A stretch of 64,000 nucleotides of DNA, taken from contig JAHKAJ010000014.1 in assembly GCA_018826075.1 (NCBI GenBank), positions 20,066 to 84,065 on the forward strand. The letters run 5' to 3'. Under the pieces are notes generated by a model. It saw nothing but the letters and a program-made list of their open reading frames with translations, was not told where the DNA came from and searched no databases. The position numbers were made by a program, and so were the translations under genes. The stretch comes from Candidatus Omnitrophota bacterium (GTDB lineage: Bacteria; Omnitrophota; Gorgyraeia; Duberdicusellales; 4484-171). How positions within the stretch are numbered: the first letter of the stretch is position 1; every line of letters begins with the position of its first letter. Shown here one piece after another: positions 11,305-20,611 of the stretch.

Positions 11305-12285
11305 TTAGATGATGCCGGCGGCGATCAGATCCTGGATATCGAGCATTCCTACCGGTCGATAATTCTTATCCACCACCGGGACTTCGTCAATTTTTCTTTT
11401 TTCGAGAATCCGCAAAGCCTGAGATGCCAGATCAGTATCCCGAACCACAGTAGGGCCTTTAGTCATCACCTCACTGACCTTCTTCCTTAAAAGATGCGGG
11501 AAACGTTCCAAATTCCTTCTTAAATCTCCGTCAGTGAAAATACCCACCAGACAGCCCTTTTTATCCACTACCGAAGCTGCTCCGGCATGAAGAGTGGTTA
11601 TTTTAAGCAAAACATCTTTTATCAAGGTATTTTCGGAAACTACCGGATTATATTTATTGGTACGCATAGCGTCTTTAACGCTTAAAAGGAGCTTGCGGCC
11701 CAATGAACCCCGGGGATGAAAAAAAGCAAAATCCCTCTGCTTAAAACCCTTCATTTTTTGCAAAACCACTGAAAGAGCATCACAAACCACCAGCATGACT
11801 GTAGTGGAAGTAGTGGGAGCCAAACCCAAAGGGCAAGCTTCTTTATCTACTTTAACGCTGACAATGCCGTCGGCGTAGCGAGCCAGATTAGATGAGATGT
11901 TTCCGGTTATAGCTATGATCTTAGCGCCGATTTTTTTAACAAAAGGGATCAAGTGCTTTATCTCGTCAGTTTCTCCGCTATAGGATAATACCACCACCAC
12001 ATCGCCTTCTTTTATCCGACCGAGATCTCCATGGACTGCTTCAGCGGCATGAAGCCAAAACGATGACGAACCGGTAGAAGAAAGCGTGGCTGAAAACTTC
12101 TGGCCGATGATCCCGGCCTTACCCATACCGGTGACGATGATCCGGCCGCGACAAGAATAAAGGATATTTACGCTTTTAAAAAACTCCTCATCCAGGCTCT
12201 TTCTTAATTTATCAATGCCGCAGACTTCAGTGGCCAATACCTGATCAGCCCAACTTAATATTTCCTTAAGCTTAAAACGCTTCAT
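11305..12285 (-). CDS. kdsD: arabinose-5-phosphate isomerase (SIS + 2 CBS)
   Basis: GMGKAG, EAVHGDLG, LAPTTST, FHPRGSLG and a CBS pair. Confidence 0.93.
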   Translation of the reverse strand: MKRFKLKEILSWADQVLATEVCGIDKLRKSLDEEFFKSVNILYSCRGRIIVTGMGKAGIIGQKFSATLSSTGSSSFWLHAAEAVHGDLGRIKEGDVVVVLSYSGETDEIKHLIPFVKKIGAKIIAITGNISSNLARYADGIVSVKVDKEACPLGLAPTTSTTVMLVVCDALSVVLQKMKGFKQRDFAFFHPRGSLGRKLLLSVKDAMRTNKYNPVVSENTLIKDVLLKITTLHAGAASVVDKKGCLVGIFTDGDLRRNLERFPHLLRKKVSEVMTKGPTVVRDTDLASQALRILEKRKIDEVPVVDKNYRPVGMLDIQDLIAAGII

Positions 12286-13079
12286 GATTTTTGTTCCGGT
12301 TTTGATATTTCCCGTATTTTTATTGCCTTGCTTATTAGATCTTCTATTTTGTTCAAGGGATATGAAGTATGCTTATCCGAAAGAGCAGTTTTGGGTTTAG
12401 GGTGGACTTCCAAAAATAACCCGTCTACCCCGCAGGCAACTGCCGCCAAAGCTAAAGGTTTGACGAACTGGCTATCGCCTCCGGAAATATTACCTTTGGC
12501 TGAAGGCCGCTGTAAGGAATGAGTGGCATCAAAGATCACCGGATAGCCAAACTGTTGCATAACTAAAAATGAACGAAAATCTACCACTAAGTTGTTATAG
12601 CCAAAACAACTCCCCCTTTCGGTGATCAAGATATTGTGGTTGCCGGCTGCTTCGACTTTTTTTATGATATGCACAACATCCGAAGGAGAGATAAACTGCC
12701 CCTTTTTGATATTAACGGTTTTTTTGGTTTTTGCGGCCTCTAAGATAATATCAGTCTGCCGGCACAAAAAAGCCGGGATCTGGATTATGTCTAAGACATC
12801 TTTTACCTTACAGACCTGGTCAAAGGAATGAACATCACTTAGGATCGGCAAAGAAAACTTCTTTTTAACTTCTTCTAATATTTTTATCCCTTTGTTTAAG
12901 CCCGGGCCGCGGAATGAATCCAAAGAAGTGCGGTTGGCTTTATCAAAAGAGGCTTTAAAAATAAATTCGACCGGATAGGATTTTAAAATCTCTTTCAAAC
13001 ACCCGGCTATTTCCAAAGTAAGGCTGCGGCTCTCTATCACACATGGGCCGGCAATGACTATGAGCTTTTTTTTATTCAT
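12282..13079 (-). CDS. kdsA: KDO 8-phosphate synthase
   Basis: AGPCVIES, KASFDKANRTS, QIPAFLCRQTD and DATHS. Confidence 0.96.
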   Translation of the reverse strand: MNKKKLIVIAGPCVIESRSLTLEIAGCLKEILKSYPVEFIFKASFDKANRTSLDSFRGPGLNKGIKILEEVKKKFSLPILSDVHSFDQVCKVKDVLDIIQIPAFLCRQTDIILEAAKTKKTVNIKKGQFISPSDVVHIIKKVEAAGNHNILITERGSCFGYNNLVVDFRSFLVMQQFGYPVIFDATHSLQRPSAKGNISGGDSQFVKPLALAAVACGVDGLFLEVHPKPKTALSDKHTSYPLNKIEDLISKAIKIREISKPEQKS

Positions 13080-13093
13080 CTGATTCTACCTTT

Positions 13094-13840
13094 TTAATTA
13101 TCCTGATCAGCTAAGATCTTCTCGATCTGCTCCAGATCTTCCTGGGTGTCAACCCCCCAGGAATTAAACTGGGTTTGGATAACCTTTATTTTATACCCGG
13201 CTTCGATCACCCGGAGCTGTTCCAGCTTTTCCGCCTTTTCTAAACTCGAAGGCCCCAGGTTCTTAAAAGTATAAAGAAAATCTTTAGTATAGGCATATAT
13301 CCCCAAATGTTTATAGTAATTTTTCGGCTCATCCTGTCCGCGGTAATAGGGAATCGGGTAGCGCGAGAAATATATTGCCCAACCGTCTTTATCACAGATG
13401 ACCTTGACTGCATTGGGATTGTTTATTTCATGATCAGTGTCGATTTTTGTCTTGGCCGTAGCCATTAGAATACTCCGATCTGAAAGCATCTCATTAACTA
13501 AACCATCGATGACCGAAGGATGGATTAACGGCTCATCAGCCTGAATGTTTACCACTATCCCGACATCCAGTCCGGAGACTGCTTCGGCGATCCGGTCAGT
13601 CCCTGAAGGTTGTTCAGGGGAAGTCATGACAACTCTGGCCCCGAATTTTTCAGCCACTTTAGCAACCTCTGGATGATCACAAGCAATGATCAACTCATCA
13701 AGCAGGGATGCTTTATTCGCCGCCTGCCAACTCCACTGGAGAAGCGGTTTTCCTTTCAGGTTGTGGAGTAACTTATGAGTAAACCGGGTCGACTGATAAC
13801 GCGCCGGAATAACTCCGATGACTTTAATCTTTGTATCCAT
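13094..13840 (-). CDS. kdsB: CMP-KDO synthetase
   Basis: IPARYQSTRF, SGTDR, QADEP, HLGIYAY and EKLEQLR; start moved to the ATG at 13840. Confidence 0.94.
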   Translation of the reverse strand: MDTKIKVIGVIPARYQSTRFTHKLLHNLKGKPLLQWSWQAANKASLLDELIIACDHPEVAKVAEKFGARVVMTSPEQPSGTDRIAEAVSGLDVGIVVNIQADEPLIHPSVIDGLVNEMLSDRSILMATAKTKIDTDHEINNPNAVKVICDKDGWAIYFSRYPIPYYRGQDEPKNYYKHLGIYAYTKDFLYTFKNLGPSSLEKAEKLEQLRVIEAGYKIKVIQTQFNSWGVDTQEDLEQIEKILADQDN

Positions 13841-14813
13841 TGATCTTTGCCGAAAGTTCTTTTCGGTCGGTAGTCGCCGCGCCGAGTTTGCCGACCACGA
13901 TTCCGGCGGCAAAATTAGCGATTATCGCGGCTTCATGAAAATCAGCCCCACAGCTTAAGGCCAGAGTAAAAACAGCAATCACTGTATCGCCGGCTCCGGT
14001 GACATCATAGACCTCATGAGCTTGAGTCGGTATATGCTGGGTCCGGGAACCGGAAAATAAAACCATCCCGTCTTCACCCAAGGTTATCAGCAAAGCTTTG
14101 GGATTTAGCTTTTTCATGATTATCCGGCCTAAAAATTCGATTTCACTTTTTTTCCGTATTTTAGTATTGACTGCTGTCTGGGCTTCACTAAGGTTAGGAG
14201 TCAAAGCGGTAACGTTTTCATAGTAATCAAAATGTTCCTCTTTAGGATCGACAGTGATGATCTTCTTTTTAGTTTTACAGATATCGACAAGCTCTTCGAC
14301 TAAATTAGGATTTATCACTCCTTTACCGTAATCTTCGATGATCACCGCATCAAAATTATTGATATTAGCCTTAATCTTTCTAAGGATTGCCTGGTTGATC
14401 TTTGCCGACAAAAACTCCACCGACTCCCAGTCGACCCTGACCACCTGCTGATGATGAGCCATGATCCGGGTTTTTATGGTGGTCGGACGCTGGTTGTCTT
14501 TGATGATCAAGCCGGTCCCGATGCCGCGGGATTTGATATGCGAGAATAAAGTCTTACCAAAGTGGTCTCGGCCGACCACGCCCGAAAGGCTGCTCGATGC
14601 TCCCAAAGCCCTTAAGTTGAGGCCGACATTAGAGGCTCCTCCGCAGGTAAAGTTCTCATTTCTAGCCCAGACCACTGGAACCGGGGCCTCGGGAGAGATC
14701 CGGTCGACTTTGCCGAAAATATGGTGATCAAGGATAAGATCTCCCACCACCAGGATATTTTTGGAGGCAAAACGCGAAACGATCTTGGTCAGTTTTGGTT
14801 TATTTACCTTCAT
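13824..14813 (-). CDS. rfaE1: D-glycero-beta-D-manno-heptose-7-phosphate kinase
   Basis: RISPEAPVPV, DYGKG, TPNLSEA and DVTGAGDTV. Confidence 0.92.
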   Translation of the reverse strand: MKVNKPKLTKIVSRFASKNILVVGDLILDHHIFGKVDRISPEAPVPVVWARNENFTCGGASNVGLNLRALGASSSLSGVVGRDHFGKTLFSHIKSRGIGTGLIIKDNQRPTTIKTRIMAHHQQVVRVDWESVEFLSAKINQAILRKIKANINNFDAVIIEDYGKGVINPNLVEELVDICKTKKKIITVDPKEEHFDYYENVTALTPNLSEAQTAVNTKIRKKSEIEFLGRIIMKKLNPKALLITLGEDGMVLFSGSRTQHIPTQAHEVYDVTGAGDTVIAVFTLALSCGADFHEAAIIANFAAGIVVGKLGAATTDRKELSAKINGYKD

Positions 14814-14874
14814 AAGCTTATCTTTTTAGGGATCGGGAACCAGATAATTATACCATTGGATTTGAAAAAATCTA

Positions 14875-15999
14875 CTATAAAAATAGGCTGGAAACACTAT
14901 CGGAAAACAGAAGGCCTTTTTTGGTTAAAACCAGGCCGCAAATCCGTCTATCTTTATGCCGATATCTCACTAAATGCTGGGCTAAAGCCTCTTTTAACCA
15001 ATCAGCTTCCAAGGCCAAAAAATCAAAACCAGTCTTAGCCTTAAACCAATCAAAGTCGATACCGGACACGGTTCTTATTTTCACCGCCGCAGTCTCTTTA
15101 GCCCGGCGTTCAGGTAATAGCTTTTCCTTCCAGGATAAGCTATCCTTACCGGATTTGACTGCTTTAATATACCGACCGCAGTCAGCAAGATATTGTTTGC
15201 GCACTCCCCCTTGGTAAGTTACTGCCGAAGCTCCTAAACCCAGATAGGGCTGATTATCCCAATAGTTAAGGTTGTGCCGGCATTGATAGCCGGGTTTAGA
15301 AAAATTAGAGATCTCATATTGCTGGAAACCTTTTCGGTTTAAAAAACTTACAGCATACTTGTACATCCCGGCTACCCTGGCTTCATCTAAAGGGTTTATG
15401 GTTTTAGCAGCCTTGGCTTTAAACAACAGCGTACCTTTTTCATAGGTTAAACTATACAAGGAAATATGCTTAACCGGCAATTTAACCGCTTTTTCCAACT
15501 CCTTCTGCCAATCAGATCCTTTCTCCTGCCAGAGGCCGAAAATCAGATCAATGCTGATATTATCTATGCCAGACTTTTTGGCTTTAGCAACTGCCTCTAA
15601 AGCCTGTCCGGCTGAATGGATTCTTCCCAGCTTTTTTAACTTCTCATCGCTTAAAGACTGAAGGCCGATACTGATCCGGTTTAGGCCTCCGGCAACAAGA
15701 ACTTTCAATTGGGCTTCGGTCAAGCTTTCCGGGTTAGCTTCAACCGTAAATTCGCATTCTACTGCCTGTTTTGACTTTAAAACTTTAAGTAATCTTTGCC
15801 AATCACTAATGGCCAAAACCGTAGGGGTTCCTCCGCCGATATAAATAGTTTTAAATCTGCCTTTCCAATCTTTGATCTGCCGGCAAAGAACATCTATGTA
15901 TCGGCCGGCTAAATCCGGCTGATAACCAATACTGTAAAAATCGCAGTAAAGGCACTTCTTGCGGCAAAACGGAATATGGATGTAGAGTGAATCAACCAT
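14875..15999 (-). CDS. hemW: radical SAM heme chaperone HemW
   Basis: YIHIPFCRKKCLYCDF, GGGTPT, YEISNF and HNLNYW. Confidence 0.9.
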   Translation of the reverse strand: MVDSLYIHIPFCRKKCLYCDFYSIGYQPDLAGRYIDVLCRQIKDWKGRFKTIYIGGGTPTVLAISDWQRLLKVLKSKQAVECEFTVEANPESLTEAQLKVLVAGGLNRISIGLQSLSDEKLKKLGRIHSAGQALEAVAKAKKSGIDNISIDLIFGLWQEKGSDWQKELEKAVKLPVKHISLYSLTYEKGTLLFKAKAAKTINPLDEARVAGMYKYAVSFLNRKGFQQYEISNFSKPGYQCRHNLNYWDNQPYLGLGASAVTYQGGVRKQYLADCGRYIKAVKSGKDSLSWKEKLLPERRAKETAAVKIRTVSGIDFDWFKAKTGFDFLALEADWLKEALAQHLVRYRHKDRRICGLVLTKKGLLFSDSVSSLFL

Positions 16000-16024
16000 A
16001 ATAATATGCTATAATTATAAAGCT

Positions 16025-17311
16025 ATGGAAAAATTAGTCTATATAATTCAAGCTCCGCCGTTCTGGCTAAAAACCCCACCATTATCACTAGCCTATCTTC
16101 AATCATATCTACAAAGCAAAGGTATCAATACCGGCATAATTGATTTAAACCAGGAATTATTTATCAATGTAGGGGCGGGTTTTAAACCCGCCCCTACAAA
16201 AAGATGGTTACAGTTAGATGAAGAATTTGAAAAAAACCTTTTCGGCATGGTTGAAAAATTATATCCAGAATTTCTGGAAAAAACCTTTAATCGGATAAAA
16301 GCCTCTGAATTTATCGGTTTCTCACTTAACCGGCGCAACCGCCACTTTTCTTTTTCTCTGGCTACAAAAATCAAAGAAAGATACCCTGAGAAAAAAATCA
16401 TCTTTGGCGGGCCGGAAAGTTTAAACTTAAGACTGAAATCTAAACTAAATCCTGACTATTATTGGGTAATCGGAGAAGGCGAAAAAGCTCTTCAGGCCAT
16501 AATCGAGAAAAACGGCTCCAGAGTTATTTGTCATCAGGAATTAGATGATCTTGATCAACTGCCTTTTTATGATTTTGATAATCTTGATGGTAAAGGGCCA
16601 GGCAGGCCTGGCCCCTACAGTATGACCATTCCGCTTTTTTCTTCACGCGGCTGCCCTCATCAATGTAAGTTTTGCACTGAACGCCTGCTCTATAAAAAAG
16701 TCCGTCAACACTCAGTGGACTATATGATCGAACAGATAAAACTACTAAAAAGCCGACATCAAACTAACAGCTTTGTCTTCTTAGATTCCCTGATAAATTA
16801 CCGGACAGATTGGTTAAGAAATTTCTCTCAGCAACTAATCGCCAGTAACCTCAATATTAAATGGGAAGCCCAGCTAAGAGTCGATCAAAGTTTTCCTTTA
16901 GAAGTTGCAAAGTTAATGAAAGTCAGCGGATGTTATAACCTTTTTGTCGGCTTGGAAAGCGCCTCGGATAAAGTATTAGCCGCGATGAACAAAGGCTTTA
17001 CTGCTGCTGAAGCTTTGACTTTCTTGAAAACTCTCGATAAAGCCGGCCTGCATTTTGAGATCAGCCTGATCTTTGGTTATCCCGGGGAAGGCAAAAAAGA
17101 ATTTCAAGAAACTATCAACTTTATCCAAAACTATAAAAAACTAATACCAAAAATAGCCCAAGTCAACCCCTATATAGATTATTTTGATTCTAAACATCCG
17201 GAATATAGTGATACAACCCAAGAGCGAGTAAACCAGTTTTTAGCCCTTATAAACCAGGAGCGGATTCCTTACACTAAAAGTTTTATCAACAACCTGATAT
17301 ATGGAAATTAA
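16025..17311 (+). CDS. B12-binding-domain radical SAM protein
   Basis: PPLSLAYL, IIFGGP, GEGE, SRGCPHQCKFC, GLES and IFGYPGE; carries two palindromic insertions (see findings). Confidence 0.85.
   Translation: MEKLVYIIQAPPFWLKTPPLSLAYLQSYLQSKGINTGIIDLNQELFINVGAGFKPAPTKRWLQLDEEFEKNLFGMVEKLYPEFLEKTFNRIKASEFIGFSLNRRNRHFSFSLATKIKERYPEKKIIFGGPESLNLRLKSKLNPDYYWVIGEGEKALQAIIEKNGSRVICHQELDDLDQLPFYDFDNLDGKGPGRPGPYSMTIPLFSSRGCPHQCKFCTERLLYKKVRQHSVDYMIEQIKLLKSRHQTNSFVFLDSLINYRTDWLRNFSQQLIASNLNIKWEAQLRVDQSFPLEVAKLMKVSGCYNLFVGLESASDKVLAAMNKGFTAAEALTFLKTLDKAGLHFEISLIFGYPGEGKKEFQETINFIQNYKKLIPKIAQVNPYIDYFDSKHPEYSDTTQERVNQFLALINQERIPYTKSFINNLIYGN
16168..16198. repeat. GTAG-family REP palindrome inside a CDS
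   Basis: tgtaggggcgggttt-t-aaacccgcccctaca, with perfect 15-bp arms. Confidence 0.85.
16590..16619. repeat. degenerate GTAG-family REP palindrome inside a CDS
   Basis: gtaaagggccaggc-ag-gcctggcccctaca; shares the CCCCTACA end with the other REPs. Confidence 0.65.
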
Positions 17312-18146
17312 AACTGTTAATACCCAAAAAGTCTTATCCCCCACTCAAATTTCTTTGGCGGATTATGTCATCAATCCTTACAAGGGCTGTGAGTTTGGCT
17401 GCCTCTATTGTTATGCTCAAGAAAACAAAAATATCGATAAAAATAACTTCTTTGATTCCCTGGCAGTAAAAATCAATGCCCCCCAAATCCTGGAAAAAGA
17501 ATTGCGCTATAAAAAACCTAAACGGGTACTTTTAGGTTCGACTACCGAGTGTTTCCCGGCTCAAGAGTTAAACTTTAAAGTTACCGGAAAAATCCTGGAA
17601 ATCCTTAATAGCAAACAGATCCCGTATACCATCCTCGCTAAATCTCATTTAATCGCTAACTATCTCGAATTGATATCCAAAAATCCTGGAAACAAGATCT
17701 TTTTTACCTTTAACTTTCAATCCGATGAGCTGATCCGTTTATTCGAAAAAAAATCACCGGTATTAAAACAACGCTTGCAGACAATCAGAAAAATCATTGC
17801 CGCCAGAATAAACTTAAGAGTCCACATCGGGCCGTTTATCCCCTATGTTTCGGATTTGGAAAAAATATTAAAACTTATACCAAAAGGCGTGAAAGAAATC
17901 GACATCGAACTTTACCACCCCAAACAGGGAAATTTCAACCAGATCATAAAAGCTGTTAGAGAAAATGTTGCTGAAGAAACAAGCAAGAAGCTAGAAGCAG
18001 TGTATCGATGTGAAAAAAATTACCGTGAATTTATTAAAAATTTAAAAGCCAAGGCTGAATCTCTGAACGATTACCCAAATCTTAAATTATACTGGATCAA
18101 CCCAGCCTTCAACCAATTTTACAACTCCCAAATAAAATACACCTGA
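17301..18146 (+). CDS. SPL-like (Rv2578c-type) radical SAM protein
   Basis: INPYKGCEFGCLYCYA, VKINAP and LGSTTE; overlaps the upstream gene. Confidence 0.8.
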   Translation: MEIKTVNTQKVLSPTQISLADYVINPYKGCEFGCLYCYAQENKNIDKNNFFDSLAVKINAPQILEKELRYKKPKRVLLGSTTECFPAQELNFKVTGKILEILNSKQIPYTILAKSHLIANYLELISKNPGNKIFFTFNFQSDELIRLFEKKSPVLKQRLQTIRKIIAARINLRVHIGPFIPYVSDLEKILKLIPKGVKEIDIELYHPKQGNFNQIIKAVRENVAEETSKKLEAVYRCEKNYREFIKNLKAKAESLNDYPNLKLYWINPAFNQFYNSQIKYT

Positions 18147-18149
18147 TTA

Positions 18150-18827
18150 TTAAGGACAAATACCGTTTGAGCCGCCGTCTGAACCGACATAAAGTGCAGC
18201 ATCGTAACCATCAGTCCAACGCTGCACATTTACAACTCCCCTCATATCTATGCCCGGCGGAGTAAGTTCCTGGGGTGTTTCCTGTTTATCAAAAACGCTA
18301 TTGACGGCATAAGCAATAGTTTTAGGCACGTTAGTAAGATAAACCGCTACGCCGGGAACAGTGTCAGGTGTGCCATCAGCATCTAAATCAAACCTAGCCG
18401 TATAGACTGCTCCCGAACCGCCAATAAAGTAGTGTCCGGGTTGAGACCAAGTTGTAGCCAACCCGGTATCTGGCCAGGGATGTTTTGTCGCACGCTCTAT
18501 ATACGGCCCATCCCAACCAGAAACATCAGCTTCGTTAGTTAGTAAAGGCGAAGCCTGGAGAGACAAACAGCCTCCACCACTAGGATCTTCCAATATCCAA
18601 ACTACCCCAACAACATCATCGGGTGTAAAATAATGGGCACCGGGAAATATCCCTACGTCCGAATAGAAAGCCATCAAAGCAGTCTTTATAGTTTTCATTT
18701 CAGAGGCTGCTTTGGCAACTTTCGCCTTCTCGATCGCTTTAAAAGCGTTGGGAGCGATGATGGCGGCAAGGATGGCGATGATAGCGATAACCACAATCAA
18801 CTCAATAAGGGTAAATGATTTTTTCAC
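18150..18827 (-). CDS. type IV pilin / GspG-like pseudopilin
   Basis: FTLIELIVVIAIIAILAA prepilin motif, FYSDVGIFP and WDGPYI. Confidence 0.85.
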   Translation of the reverse strand: MKKSFTLIELIVVIAIIAILAAIIAPNAFKAIEKAKVAKAASEMKTIKTALMAFYSDVGIFPGAHYFTPDDVVGVVWILEDPSGGGCLSLQASPLLTNEADVSGWDGPYIERATKHPWPDTGLATTWSQPGHYFIGGSGAVYTARFDLDADGTPDTVPGVAVYLTNVPKTIAYAVNSVFDKQETPQELTPPGIDMRGVVNVQRWTDGYDAALYVGSDGGSNGICP

Positions 18828-18841
18828 TAATCCCTCCGCTT

Positions 18842-19711
18842 TTATTTTTCCTTATGTTTTCGCTCTATGGGGACGATGCCGGCCATATCTCCAATAAGAT
18901 TGATTATATCGCTTCCGGCCGGAACTACTATCTTGGCATTATCTTCCAGGGCTGATTCCAAAGCCTGAAGTTTTCTCAACAGCTGGGCATTGCCGATAAA
19001 ATATTTATCGGCGGCTTCATTAACCAGCCTGATTGCTTCAGCTTCACCTTGAGCTTGTAAAATCCTGGCCTGCCTTATACCTTCTGCTTCTTTGATCTTG
19101 GCCCGCTTTTCACCGTCAGCTACGGTTTCCCGGGCAGTAGCAAAATCTATCGCCGCTATTTTTTCATTCTCGGCTTTTACTACCTTATTCATGGTATCCT
19201 GAACATCTTTGGGCGGATCTATCTGCTTTAGCTCAGTCCGGACGATTTCAATCCCCCAGCTGGTGGTCTCATCTTTAAGAGTTCGGTGTAACTCGGAATT
19301 AATTTTTCCTCTTTCGCTGTTGGCCGATTTCAAAGTGAGAGTACCGATAATGTTGCGCAAAGTAGTCCTAGCTAAATTCACTATTTGCTCTTTATAATCA
19401 TTCACGTTATATTGAGAACTTTTTACGCTGGCCTCATCAGATTTAACTTTAGAATAAACCTGGGCATCGACCTGGGCGTTTAAGTTGTCGTTGGTGATGA
19501 TCTCCTGGGGTTCAGCATCAACCATCTGCTCGGTTACATTCACAATATACATTTTCTCAATAACCGGCACGATCCAATGGAATCCCGGATTGGCAAAACG
19601 ACTGTATTTTCCCAGCCGCTCGATCAATCCCCGGCTGGTCGGCCTGATTATCCTAATACCGGCAAAAAACAGAAAAATCGCTACCGGAATCAACAATTTG
19701 ACTATATTCAT
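18842..19711 (-). CDS. SPFH/band 7 domain protein
   Basis: N-terminal TM segment, ERLGKY, QEIITNDN, TTLRNIIG and a C-terminal coiled coil. Confidence 0.9.
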   Translation of the reverse strand: MNIVKLLIPVAIFLFFAGIRIIRPTSRGLIERLGKYSRFANPGFHWIVPVIEKMYIVNVTEQMVDAEPQEIITNDNLNAQVDAQVYSKVKSDEASVKSSQYNVNDYKEQIVNLARTTLRNIIGTLTLKSANSERGKINSELHRTLKDETTSWGIEIVRTELKQIDPPKDVQDTMNKVVKAENEKIAAIDFATARETVADGEKRAKIKEAEGIRQARILQAQGEAEAIRLVNEAADKYFIGNAQLLRKLQALESALEDNAKIVVPAGSDIINLIGDMAGIVPIERKHKEK

Positions 19712-19774
19712 GACTATCCCCCTTTTTTTAAAGCTTGCTTTTTATTCCCTGTTATTTATAATAACATAAAAATC

Positions 19775-20611
19775 ATGACCATAAAGCCTTTTTTTAGCAT
19801 AATCATCCCCACCTTTAACCGGAAAAGTTTTCTTAGGATCGCCCTGGATTCCTGCCTCCAGCAAACCTTTGATGGCTACGAAATAATCGTTATTGATGAC
19901 GGCTCAAACGACGGAACCAAAAAAATGGTGGCTGGCTTAAATCATAAAAAAATCAGCTATTCTTACCAAAAAAACCAGGGGCCGGCTGCGGCCAGGAATA
20001 ACGGCATCAAGAAAGCTAAAGGTAAATTCATCTGCTTTCTTGACTCTGATGACCGTTTCCGTAAACAAAAACTAGAAACAACTTATGATTACATCCAAAA
20101 ACACCCTGGATACAAAGTATTTCACAGCCAGGAAATCTGGTATCGTAACGGCCGGCTGCTTTCTGCGAAAAAATACCATCAAAAACCAAACGGCTGGGTA
20201 TTCCCGGCAGCAGTGAAGCTCTGTTGCCTAAGCCCCTCGGCAATAACTCTCAAAAAAGACATCTTCGGCAAAATCGGTTATTTTGATGAAAAACTTTTGG
20301 CTTGCGAAGATTATGATTTTTTTCTGCGCCTGAGTTTAACTTATCCGGTTTTTTTAATACCCGAATATCTGACTTTAAAAGAAGGCGGCCATCCGGACCA
20401 ACAGTCAAAAAAATACCCGGCTATGGATGAATTCAGGATTTATGCCTTGAAAAAAATCTTAAAAAGCAAAGACTTAAATGACGAGAACTACCGACTAGCT
20501 TACCAGGAATTGAAACAAAAATGTACAATTTATATAAAGGGAGCTTTGAAACGAAATAAACTGAAACAAGCCGATGGATACAAACAAATTATTGCAAACT
20601 ATCAAAGATAG
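19775..20611 (+). CDS. glycosyltransferase family 2
   Basis: SIIIPTFNR, IDDGSND, FLDSDD and CEDYDF; start moved to the ATG at 19775. Confidence 0.9.
   Translation: MTIKPFFSIIIPTFNRKSFLRIALDSCLQQTFDGYEIIVIDDGSNDGTKKMVAGLNHKKISYSYQKNQGPAAARNNGIKKAKGKFICFLDSDDRFRKQKLETTYDYIQKHPGYKVFHSQEIWYRNGRLLSAKKYHQKPNGWVFPAAVKLCCLSPSAITLKKDIFGKIGYFDEKLLACEDYDFFLRLSLTYPVFLIPEYLTLKEGGHPDQQSKKYPAMDEFRIYALKKILKSKDLNDENYRLAYQELKQKCTIYIKGALKRNKLKQADGYKQIIANYQR

Noticed and set aside
16099-16401. 100-aa antisense ORF containing VGAGLKPAPT
   Set aside because: Antisense to the B12 radical SAM gene; the peptide similarity comes from the palindrome.
19577-19774. N-terminal extensions in the ORF track for GT2, kdsB, lpxA, bamA, dnaB, pth, glmU and ispE
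   Set aside because: They overlap neighbouring genes or repeats; downstream starts match the family N-termini.
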